Source: an uncultured Desulfobacterales bacterium
GTDB taxonomy: Bacteria; Desulfobacterota; Desulfobacteria; Desulfobacterales; C00003060
Reading direction: 5' to 3'
Assembly: GCA_964502365.1 (NCBI GenBank)
Contig: CAZCWQ010000002.1
Span: forward strand, 5,557-69,556
DNA: 64,000 nucleotides
Under the pieces are notes generated by a model. It was not told where the DNA came from. It searched no databases and saw nothing but the letters and a program-made list of their open reading frames with translations. Below, one piece after another: positions 9,999 to 17,975 of the stretch. Position 1 is the stretch's first letter. Every line of letters begins with the position of its first letter. The position numbers were made by a program, and so were the translations under genes.

Positions 9999-10028
9999 CT
10001 TTCCAAATTGTAATCCTTCTGAAAGATT
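9999..10028 (+). promoter_or_regulatory. Conserved 30-nt motif, copy B (CTTTCCAAATTGTAATCCTTCTGAAAGATT), upstream of htrA paralog 2
   Basis: It is 27/30 identical to copy A by hand alignment. It is followed by the tandem GAAAGATTC-GC-GAAAGATTC and a TATAGT box, and lies about 80 nt upstream of ATG 10109. Confidence 0.45.
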
Positions 10029-10108
10029 CGCGAAAGATTCAATGGCTATAGTACGAGAGTAACAAAAGAGCATTTGCTTTTCTAATAACACAAACGGAGG
10101 AATCGGAG

Positions 10109-11551
10109 ATGCAACGCAAGGATACAAAGACACGGCAGTTGGTAGGATTAATGCTCGTCGTAGGCGTCGTGACATTTTTTTGCTTAGGGCAGAATGCACG
10201 GGCCGTTTTCCCCGGTCTCGGCAAGAAGGCCCCGCCAACTTTTGCCGATTTGGCCGACAATGTGAAACATTCGGTAGTGAATATCTCCACCACCCAAGTC
10301 GTGAAGGGGTCGCCGCTTCAGCCCTTTTTCGGCCCCAACGCTCCATTCAAAGGCTTTTTTGGAGATGACTTTTTCAAGGACTTTTTCGGAAACATGCCCC
10401 GCGGGGAAATGAAAACCCACGCACTGGGGTCCGGATTTGTAATCAGCGCGGATGGTCTCATACTCACAAATAACCATGTGGTTGAAAAAGCAACACAGAT
10501 CAAGGTCAAGCTTGAAACCGGAAAGGAGTATGACGCAAAGGTGGTTGGCAGAGATGCCAAGACAGATCTCGCCTTGATCCGCACAAAACCTGATGCCGAT
10601 TTCCCCAAGCCTGCCCATCTTGGAGATTCTGATGCTATTCGGGTGGGAGACTGTGTCATGGCCGTTGGCAACCCTTTTGGTTTGGGGCAAACCGTGACGA
10701 CAGGTATAATCAGTGCCAAAGGGCGCATCATAGGGGCTGGCCCTTATGATGATTTTCTTCAAACCGACGCGGCCATTAACCCAGGCAATAGCGGAGGCCC
10801 CCTTTTTAATATGAAGGGCGAGGTCATCGGGATCAATACAGCGATTATTGCCCAGGGCCAAAACATCGGTTTCGCTATTCCCGCCAACATGGCAAGAGAC
10901 CTCCTGCCCCAGCTCAAAGCTGGGAAGGTCACCCGAGGTTGGCTAGGTGTGATGATACAGGATATCACGCAGGAACTGGCCAAATCTTTTGGGCTCACGA
11001 AAACGAAAGGGGTCCTGATATCTGATGTCGTGAAAGACAGTCCGGCTGAAAAGGCTGGGTTAAAGCGTGGAGACGTTGTCATCCAGTTCAACGGAAAAGA
11101 AGTGGAAAACGCCCATACACTCTCCCGTCTTGTAGCGGCGATCCCTCCGAATTCGAAAGTCATGGTTGAGATCATCCGGGAGGCAAAAGAGCAAAACATC
11201 AAGGTAACGATTGGTACCATGCCTCAAAAAGAGGGGGAACAGTTGCCGGAAAAAGCAAAGGTCTGGGGTTTGACAGTTCAAAATATCACACCTGAATTGG
11301 CTCACCAACTCGGTTTGAATCCAGGCGAACAGGGGGTGGTAATCTCAGGAGTGGTGCCTGTCAGTCCGGCTGCCGAGGCCGGACTGCGCTCCAGAGACGT
11401 TATAGAGGAAGTTAACCGTCAGGGTATCCGAAATCTTAATGATTACAACCGGGCGTTGGAGAAGGCCAAGCATGATAAAACCGTGCTCTTTCTGGTCAGA
11501 CGGGAAAGCGGCACTCTATATTTGGTTGTGAACTCTGTGTCCAATGATTAA
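10109..11551 (+). CDS. Periplasmic serine endoprotease DegQ/DegP/HtrA family (second paralog)
   Basis: 480 aa with a signal peptide, catalytic motifs ILTNNHV, DLALIR and GNSGGPL, and two PDZ segments. The ATG is preceded by ACGGAGGA. Confidence 0.9.
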   Translation: MQRKDTKTRQLVGLMLVVGVVTFFCLGQNARAVFPGLGKKAPPTFADLADNVKHSVVNISTTQVVKGSPLQPFFGPNAPFKGFFGDDFFKDFFGNMPRGEMKTHALGSGFVISADGLILTNNHVVEKATQIKVKLETGKEYDAKVVGRDAKTDLALIRTKPDADFPKPAHLGDSDAIRVGDCVMAVGNPFGLGQTVTTGIISAKGRIIGAGPYDDFLQTDAAINPGNSGGPLFNMKGEVIGINTAIIAQGQNIGFAIPANMARDLLPQLKAGKVTRGWLGVMIQDITQELAKSFGLTKTKGVLISDVVKDSPAEKAGLKRGDVVIQFNGKEVENAHTLSRLVAAIPPNSKVMVEIIREAKEQNIKVTIGTMPQKEGEQLPEKAKVWGLTVQNITPELAHQLGLNPGEQGVVISGVVPVSPAAEAGLRSRDVIEEVNRQGIRNLNDYNRALEKAKHDKTVLFLVRRESGTLYLVVNSVSND

Positions 11552-11685
11552 GCAGCCCTTTGCCTGTCTACTGTATAACCGTGACACACTAGTAGTAAGC
11601 TCTCACCCTTCAGGTCTTGATTGGCTCGGAACGATGCGTCAACAAGCTGGTGGTGCCGCCATACTAAAGAATAATAACTGACAAC

Positions 11686-11715
11686 CTTTCCACATTGTAG
11701 CTTTCCTGAAAGCCT
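11686..11715 (+). promoter_or_regulatory. Conserved 30-nt motif, copy C (CTTTCCACATTGTAGCTTTCCTGAAAGCCT), upstream of the sensor kinase
   Basis: It is 22/30 identical to copy B by hand alignment and shares the CTTTC-N17-GAAAG frame. It lies about 170 nt upstream of ATG 11886. Confidence 0.35.
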
Positions 11716-11885
11716 GCTGAAGGCTTCAAGTTGTATTTTAAATGTATTACGTGGGCTATGGGGCTTGGCATTATCATAAACCCAAGCCAAGGAAAGGAGG
11801 GAGTTTTGTGATTTCTTTACGAGCTGGCAGATTCTCGAGAAACGCTAGCCGACATTATCGATATTATCGGATTTAGGAGAGAGCC

Positions 11886-12893
11886 ATGACCGTCGACAGA
11901 GCTCGGAAAAAAATCATAGTCATTTTCCTTATTCTTGGATGCATATTTTGCGTGTACTATTTCACTCCTCCTAGTATGAAATATCAGCATGCGGTTTACC
12001 GGGTGCTTTTTTACGTCCCCCTGGTTTTGGCGAGCTTCTGGTTCGGGCTGAATGGATCCATATATGTTTGTGCAGCTGTTGCCATATTCTTCCTTCCATA
12101 TGTAGTCAAATACTGGCATGGTTTCTCGTTGGAAGATTTTCATGAACTATTGGAGTTCATGTTATACATTGCTGTTGCTTGCATCCTTGGGCTTCTTGTT
12201 GACAAGGAAAGAAAGGAGCACAGAGCCCTTTTCCGGGCCGAGAGTCTGGCTGCCGTTGGAAGGGCCGTCTCGGAAATAGCCCACGATATGAAAACCCCGC
12301 TTATGGCTATAGGAGGTTGGACCACTCTGGTCTTGAGAGGACTGCGGGGTGAGGACCCCCACAGGATAAAACTAGAAATGGTGGTACAAGAAACGGCCCG
12401 TCTGGACTCCATGGTAAAGGAGATGTTGGACTTTAGTAGGCCCTCCGAACTCAAGCTCCGAAAAATAAGCCTCAATGAACTGGTGCGAGAAACTGTGGAG
12501 GTGGCGCTGCCAATGCCAGGAAACACAAAGGTGGATCTGAAAACCGACCTGCAACATTCTTTGCCCCCCCTCTTGCTGGATGGTCCTCAAATCAAGCAGG
12601 TTGTCTTGAATCTGATGACCAACGCAGTTCAGGCATCTCCACCCGGGGAGCGTGTACTCGTCAGCACTCGCGTAGAGAAGCACGACGTAGTGCTACAGGT
12701 GGCTGATTGCGGCTGCGGGATAAGAGAGGAAGACCTTGAAAGCGTGTTTCATCCATTCTTCTCGACAAAAAAGGAAGGGACCGGTCTGGGCCTGGGTATT
12801 GTGAAAAAGATCGTGGAGGCCCACCAAGCAACTGTCTCTTTCCATCCAAACCCGGAAAGAGGGGTGACTTTCATTGTACGGTTCCCCGTTTGA
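11886..12893 (+). CDS. Membrane-bound sensor histidine kinase (HisKA + HATPase_c), no adjacent response regulator
   Basis: 335 aa with an N-terminal TM region, an H-box (EIAHDMKTPL), an N-box (LNLMTNAVQA) and G-boxes (DCGCGI, GTGLGLGIV). Confidence 0.85.
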   Translation: MTVDRARKKIIVIFLILGCIFCVYYFTPPSMKYQHAVYRVLFYVPLVLASFWFGLNGSIYVCAAVAIFFLPYVVKYWHGFSLEDFHELLEFMLYIAVACILGLLVDKERKEHRALFRAESLAAVGRAVSEIAHDMKTPLMAIGGWTTLVLRGLRGEDPHRIKLEMVVQETARLDSMVKEMLDFSRPSELKLRKISLNELVRETVEVALPMPGNTKVDLKTDLQHSLPPLLLDGPQIKQVVLNLMTNAVQASPPGERVLVSTRVEKHDVVLQVADCGCGIREEDLESVFHPFFSTKKEGTGLGLGIVKKIVEAHQATVSFHPNPERGVTFIVRFPV

Positions 12894-13434
12894 TAAGTCC
12901 GTGGGTGAGACACAGAAAAAAGTCGAAGATTGCACTGTCAAGAAAAAAAACATTCGTTCTGTCTAATGTTTGAAAGACATATTGGCCGCCTCATGGATCG
13001 AACCCGATTTAAAGAATCGATCAGCCCGACACAGAAGCCAGGGCATCTCGAGCGAAAGGAAGCGAGGAATAAGATTAATGCCGACCGGTGGTGTTGGATA
13101 GCCCAACTACAGATTGGCCAGAAACGCCTTTTTGGTGCACTGATTGCCCGAGTAGTGAGAGGGCGCCTGCAGACCAGGGCGGCAATGAAAGGAGGTGATG
13201 TGGTCACGTATTATTAGGATAAGGAGGACCCATACAGCGTAACCCTCCGGAACGAAGCGGCCGAGCCGGCTATGTTCAGGTGGTGGTGCATTAGTGTGGA
13301 AGTCGATGATGCTGGGACTTTTTTGTTGACCTCTAGGTGGTAACGTACAAAGATATATTTTTGCATCACGACCGTAATGATTGCACCATTTGAATCAAGG
13401 TGGCCGTGAGATTGCACCTTGGTATAGGCAACAT

Positions 13435-14799
13435 ATGTCTATCGACCGAACCAGGATTCTCCTAGACACTGTTAAACGACTCCTCAGGAGAGGTAGTACC
13501 GCCCATCTCCGCAAGATTCTCGGCAAGACTCATGCTGCAGACCTTGGCGCGGTCTTCAGCTTCCTTACGCCCAGGGAGCAGGCTGGCCTTTTTGGCCTCA
13601 TGGAAGGCATTGAACAAAAGGCAAGCCTCTTCAGCGAACTGGAACACGAGATAGTTATAAGGCTAATTGAAGGCCTCCCGGCAGAACAAGCCGCAGCGCT
13701 TCTGGAGCAGATGCCCAACGATGATGTCGCCGACATCCTCGCTAAGCTTGCTGACGATCGTGCTAAACTTCTCCTTGAGCTCATGACAAAGGAAGGCTCC
13801 AGGGAAGTAGAAGCACTGCTTACCTACGATTCTGAAACCGCCGGTGGCATCATGCTGCCGGACTTTATTGCCTTAAAGCAAGAGACCACTGCAAAAGACT
13901 CCATTGAGGCCCTCCAGAAGATGTATGCGGCTGCTGAGATGCCCTTTTATCTGTATGTGGTCGATAATGACGGCCATCTCTTGGGCGTCATCTCGCTGCG
14001 CCAACTGGTGGTGGTCCCTCCTGGAACCAAGCTCAAGTCAATCATGACCACGGATGTGTTAAGCGTCCACACCGACACAGATCAGGAGGAAGTAGCCAGG
14101 ATGGTTGCTCGTTATAATGTTCTGGCTCTCCCAGTGTTAGACGAGGACAATATATTGGTTGGAGTTGTAACGGTAGACGATGTAATTGATATTATCTCCG
14201 AAGAAGCGACAGAGGATATTTTGAAAATGGCCGGCATCGCCGGGGGCATCGAATACGTTGAAACTCAAACCATCTTTAGGAGCATCCGCAAACGGTTGCC
14301 CTGGCTTTTGGCCAGCTGGATCGGTGGTGTCATTGCTTGCTATGTTGTTGGCCACTTTCAGCAAACTCTTAATAAGCTGGTTTACCTGGCTGCCTTCATG
14401 CCGATTATTATGGGCATGGGTGGTAACGTTGGTACGCAGACTTCCGCCAGTGTGGTGCGAGGATTGGCAACCGGTCGAATCATCACAGGCCCAATATGGC
14501 ATGTTGTCTTCAAAGAGCTCTTCGTTGGGTTTTGCCTCGGTTTTTTTTACGGCGCAATGCTTTCATTGTTTGCCCAGTTTCGATACGGATTTGGACTGTG
14601 GAGGCTAGGATTGGTGGTGGGCTTTGCCATGATATGTTCCATGACTATGGCTGCTACCATGGCTTCTTGTCTCCCCCTAGCATTTCACCGTTTCCGTATT
14701 GATCCCGCTGTTGCCACCGGACCTTTTGTCACAACTTTTACAGACATAGTAAGTGTGTTTGTTTATTTTGAGATCGCAACTGTTCTGCTCCACATATGA
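13435..14799 (+). CDS. mgtE: Magnesium transporter MgtE
   Basis: It has the N-terminal MgtE_N domain, tandem CBS domains (GHLLGVISLRQL, ILVGVVTVDDV) and the C-terminal TM domain (MGMGGNVGTQ). The ATG at 13435 is preferred over the TTG at 13381 used by the ORF track. Confidence 0.9.
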   Translation: MSIDRTRILLDTVKRLLRRGSTAHLRKILGKTHAADLGAVFSFLTPREQAGLFGLMEGIEQKASLFSELEHEIVIRLIEGLPAEQAAALLEQMPNDDVADILAKLADDRAKLLLELMTKEGSREVEALLTYDSETAGGIMLPDFIALKQETTAKDSIEALQKMYAAAEMPFYLYVVDNDGHLLGVISLRQLVVVPPGTKLKSIMTTDVLSVHTDTDQEEVARMVARYNVLALPVLDEDNILVGVVTVDDVIDIISEEATEDILKMAGIAGGIEYVETQTIFRSIRKRLPWLLASWIGGVIACYVVGHFQQTLNKLVYLAAFMPIIMGMGGNVGTQTSASVVRGLATGRIITGPIWHVVFKELFVGFCLGFFYGAMLSLFAQFRYGFGLWRLGLVVGFAMICSMTMAATMASCLPLAFHRFRIDPAVATGPFVTTFTDIVSVFVYFEIATVLLHI

Positions 14800-14920
14800 T
14801 CCCCGACCCTTTGGATTCCGGGTTACACACGGGCGGCCTTCCTTCTTCTCTTCACCTATGATCCGTTCAATGGTTTTCCAAGGCCGGAAAATTAGGGGGC
14901 TCTAAGAAGGAGGACCTGCG

Positions 14921-16672
14921 ATGCAAAGTGCCAGAATAGCCCTTGTTGCCTTTGTGGCCACAGCTATTACCGTTGGTGCGCTCTGGTTCACCAGCCATAG
15001 TGTGACCACGAAAAAGGCAACCCAAGAGGATGTGCTGACACAAGCAAATAGGGGCGGCTATCGGATTATTAGTGTGGATGAACTATGGGAGCGTCATAAA
15101 AAATATCCCCAAGAGCTTATCTTGGTAGATACACGTCAGGAATGGGAATATCGAGCCGGACATATCAAAGGTGCCTTGAACTTCCCACTGGAACCGACCT
15201 GGTTGTCGCGATGGCGAAAAAAAGACGCGCTTGAGAGATTCCTGGGGCCAGATAAGAATCGTGTTATCGTATTTTACTGAGCTGGACTGTCATGAGTCCG
15301 CAGCGACTCAGCGGCCCGGGTGGCCGTCAAACTCGGCTACAAAAATGTTTACCGTAACCCCAAGGGCTATCCGGAGTGGTACGCCAGGGGTCTACCAATA
15401 GAAAGCGCCCCAGCATTGCCTTCTGAAAAAACTTCCAAGCCCAAACCACCCGGGCCTCTGCATGGCTGGGCCATGATCTGGACACTTCTGGGCATCTTTG
15501 TGGGAGGTATGGCCCTCAATCTGACACCCTGCATCTATCCTCTGATCCCCATCACTGTCTCGTATTTTGGTGGCCGCAGCGCCCAGAGTCAGGCCGTGCT
15601 GGCTATCCACGGTGCCTGCTACATTGGCGGTCTGTCGTTTACCAATTCTGTGCTTGGCGTGGTGGCGGCCCTGACAGGAAGTCTTATGGGGGCCATGTTG
15701 CAGAACCCTGTAGTACTCGGACTGGTGTCTGCTGTTCTGCTCTTTCTTGCCACAAGCCTTTTTGGTCTCTGGGAATTACGACTGCCAACCAGCCTGACCC
15801 GGGCCGCCTCGAGATCTTTCACCGGTTACTTTGGGAGCCTATTTATGGGTTTGACCTTAGGGGCTGTGGCTGCCCCCTGTATCGGCCCTTTTGTCTTGGG
15901 TTTGCTCACCTGGGTAGCGAGTATGGGTAGCCCCTGGTTGGGCTTCTTGATATTTTTTAGCCTGAGCCTCGGCCTGGGCCTACCCCTCTTTTTCTTGGCC
16001 ATGTTTTCAGGACAACTGGAAAAACTTCCCCGTTCTGGAGAATGGATGCTGTGGGTTCGAAGACTAATGGGTTGGATCATGGTGGGAATGGCCGTCTATT
16101 TTATCCGACCGATTGTTCCCAAGACAGCCTGGATATTTCTTTTGGCAACCATCGCTTTGACTGCCGGTTTGCATCTCGGGTGGATTGACAGGACGGGAGC
16201 CGGCCTTCGAGGCTTCAAGTTGATCAAGGCAGGTGCTGCATTGGCGGGTCTGGCCATGGCCGCTCTCCTCATGGGTTCATGGGTAATGCGAGGCTCTGGG
16301 GTCGCCTGGCAGCCTTATTCTGACCAGCTATTGTCGGAGGCACGAAGATCAGAAAAGCCGGTCATCATTGATTTCTATGCTGACTGGTGTACACCGTGTC
16401 GCGAACTGGATGATGCCACCTTTCACGATCCCACGATTGTCGAACAAGCCAGGCGTGAGTTTATAATGATCAAGGTGGACCTCACCAGAAAAGGCAATCC
16501 CTTTCACGAAGGCCTTCTTGCGAAATATGGGGTCAAAGGCGTTCCCACAGTAGTTTTTTTGGACAGTGAGGGGGTTGAACGGCAAGATCTGCGCCTGGTG
16601 GATTTCATTCCCGCGGATCGGTTTCTGAACCGCATGGCTGAGGTTAGAAATCGCCTTGACTCTGGTCCCTAG
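14921..16672 (+). CDS. Candidate selenoprotein: membrane-anchored rhodanese domain fused to a DsbD/CcdA transmembrane domain and a C-terminal thioredoxin domain, read through in-frame UGA codons at 15278 and 15293
   Basis: ORFs 14921-15280 and 15320-16672 are in the same frame and are separated only by TGA-GCT-GGA-CTG-TCA-TGA. The joined sequence VIVFY-U-AGLS-U-VRSDSAARVAVKLGYKNVY restores a complete rhodanese fold. There is no SD before GTG 15320. Downstream are DsbD-type TM cysteines (LTPCIYP, AAPCIGPF) and a thioredoxin WCTPC motif. Confidence 0.6.
15281..15327 (+). promoter_or_regulatory. SECIS-like hairpins downstream of the two UGA codons in the rhodanese loop
   Basis: Hairpin 1 (15281-15304) pairs GCU-GGACU with AGUCC-(GC)-AGC around the loop GUCAUG. 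Hairpin 2 (15311-15327) pairs GCGGCC with GGCCGU around the loop CGGGU. The hairpin 2 loop lies about 24-28 nt after the second UGA, which is similar to the fdnG geometry. Confidence 0.4.
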
Positions 16673-16696
16673 AAAAATCTCAAAAAGGGGGCAAAC

Positions 16697-17014
16697 ATGC
16701 TGAAAGTCAGATTTTTTATGAATGAGCCCAATGGGAAGCCGTGAAAGCACTTCAAGAAGATGATGCCCAGGCTGGGCGAAAAATACGACATTGACATCGA
16801 GACAACAACTAAACCGAAAGCAGAATACACCACCGACGGGTATTTTGAACTGGACTTGCCGGTTGCGCCCGCAGTTATGGTGGGTGAAGAGATTGTGGCA
16901 GAAGGATCTGACGTTTCAGAAGAAAAACTCAAGTCGGTTATCTGCAAACATCTGGGTCTCCCACTGCCACGGACTCAAGAAAAAGGAATTATGCGTCGTC
17001 TATTGAAGACGTAA
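16697..17014 (+). CDS. Candidate small thioredoxin-fold selenoprotein (in-frame UGA at 16742)
   Basis: ATG 16697 is preceded by AAGGGGG. The translation is MLKVRFFMNEPNGKP-U-KHFKKMMPRLGEKYDIDIE...LPVAPAVMVGEEIVAEG...EEKLKSVICKHL. The beta-strand, redox site and helix layout resembles small thioredoxin/glutaredoxin-fold proteins. ORF 16760-17014 is in the same frame, and the hairpin GCCC-AGGCU-GGGC lies at 16765-16777. Confidence 0.4.
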
Positions 17015-17078
17015 ATTTCCGCAGTTGTATATCTGCTAATTGACGGGCTTGCTCCCCGTAACAGTAAGGACAGCGCGG

Positions 17079-17855
17079 ATGAGCTTGGTGACGATTAACT
17101 TTACTTCCTATCATGAATCGGTTTTCCGCGCACTCGATGACATCGGCACCAAGCACACACTCGCAAAACAGTCCGCAATCCTGATAAAACCCAACCTTAC
17201 CAATGCTTCTCGCCACCCGGTCACCACACCGGTCCAGTGCTGTGAAGCTGTGGTAGAATATGCACGTTACTGTTCAAAGGCGGATATTGTTATTGCCGAG
17301 GGCTCAGGCGATCCGTCCCTTGAAACCGACCAAATCTTCGATTTGCTTGGATATAGGAAAATGGCAACACGTCAAGGTGTTCTGCTTGTAGATTTGAACA
17401 CTGCACCACTTAAAAAACAGGAAGATAAGAAGTGCTCAGTTTTTCCGCAGATGCACCTCCCCGAAATCGCTTTCAATCATTTCATTATCTCCATTCCGGT
17501 ACTCAAAGCCCATTCTCTGGCCACCATAACCGGAACACTGAAAAACATGATGGGTTTTGCCCCACCCAAGCATTACTCAGGGCAACATGGCATCTGGAAG
17601 AAGGCAGCCTTTCATGAGAATATGCAGCAGGCAATTTGTGATCTGAACAGATACCGAAGCGCTGATCTGTCCTTGTTGGATGCCACGATTGGGCTCGCGG
17701 AACATCATCTGGGAGGGCGTCGTTGTAATCCGCCGGCGGGTAAAATAATTGCTGGATTCAATCCGTTGGAAGTGGATCGCGAGGCAGCAACTCTTCTCGG
17801 ACTCGACTGGAAAACAATTCCTCATCTCGCATCGGAAACAGAGAGAGCTTTTTGA
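17079..17855 (+). CDS. DUF362 domain protein
   Basis: The sequence ILIKPNL...VTTP...IAEGSG...ISIPVLKAHSLATITGTLKNMMG...DATIGL is the typical DUF362 pattern. ATG 17079 is in frame within ORF 17040-17855. Confidence 0.7.
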   Translation: MSLVTINFTSYHESVFRALDDIGTKHTLAKQSAILIKPNLTNASRHPVTTPVQCCEAVVEYARYCSKADIVIAEGSGDPSLETDQIFDLLGYRKMATRQGVLLVDLNTAPLKKQEDKKCSVFPQMHLPEIAFNHFIISIPVLKAHSLATITGTLKNMMGFAPPKHYSGQHGIWKKAAFHENMQQAICDLNRYRSADLSLLDATIGLAEHHLGGRRCNPPAGKIIAGFNPLEVDREAATLLGLDWKTIPHLASETERAF

Positions 17856-17975
17856 GGTTGTGCAAAGCTCTCAGGGTATAGTACACAAAAAATTTTACCA
17901 GATCTGTCATGTCCCCTCTCATGGTTTGCTTGCGGGATCATACTCCAGCCTTTGCTTTTCACGTCGTGTGGGTCT

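Noticed and set aside
12985-13003. A tRNA-like T-arm sequence (minus strand ATCGGGTTCGATCCATGAGGCGGCCA), suggesting a tRNA gene or an att-site remnant.
   Set aside because: The flanks of the TTCGATC loop are not complementary, so there is no T-stem. No acceptor, D or anticodon arms can be drawn. I treat it as chance similarity.
13180-13325. Possible M-box (Mg2+) riboswitch in the mgtE leader. TTAGGATAAGGAGGACC and CCATACAGCG loosely resemble the GUUAGGUGAGGCUCC and CCAUACAGUGCUAAAG elements of the Bacillus mgtE M-box.
   Set aside because: The two similar stretches are directly adjacent. The roughly 110 nt of conserved P3-P6 core that should lie between them is missing, so the resemblance is too short to support a call without an Infernal search.
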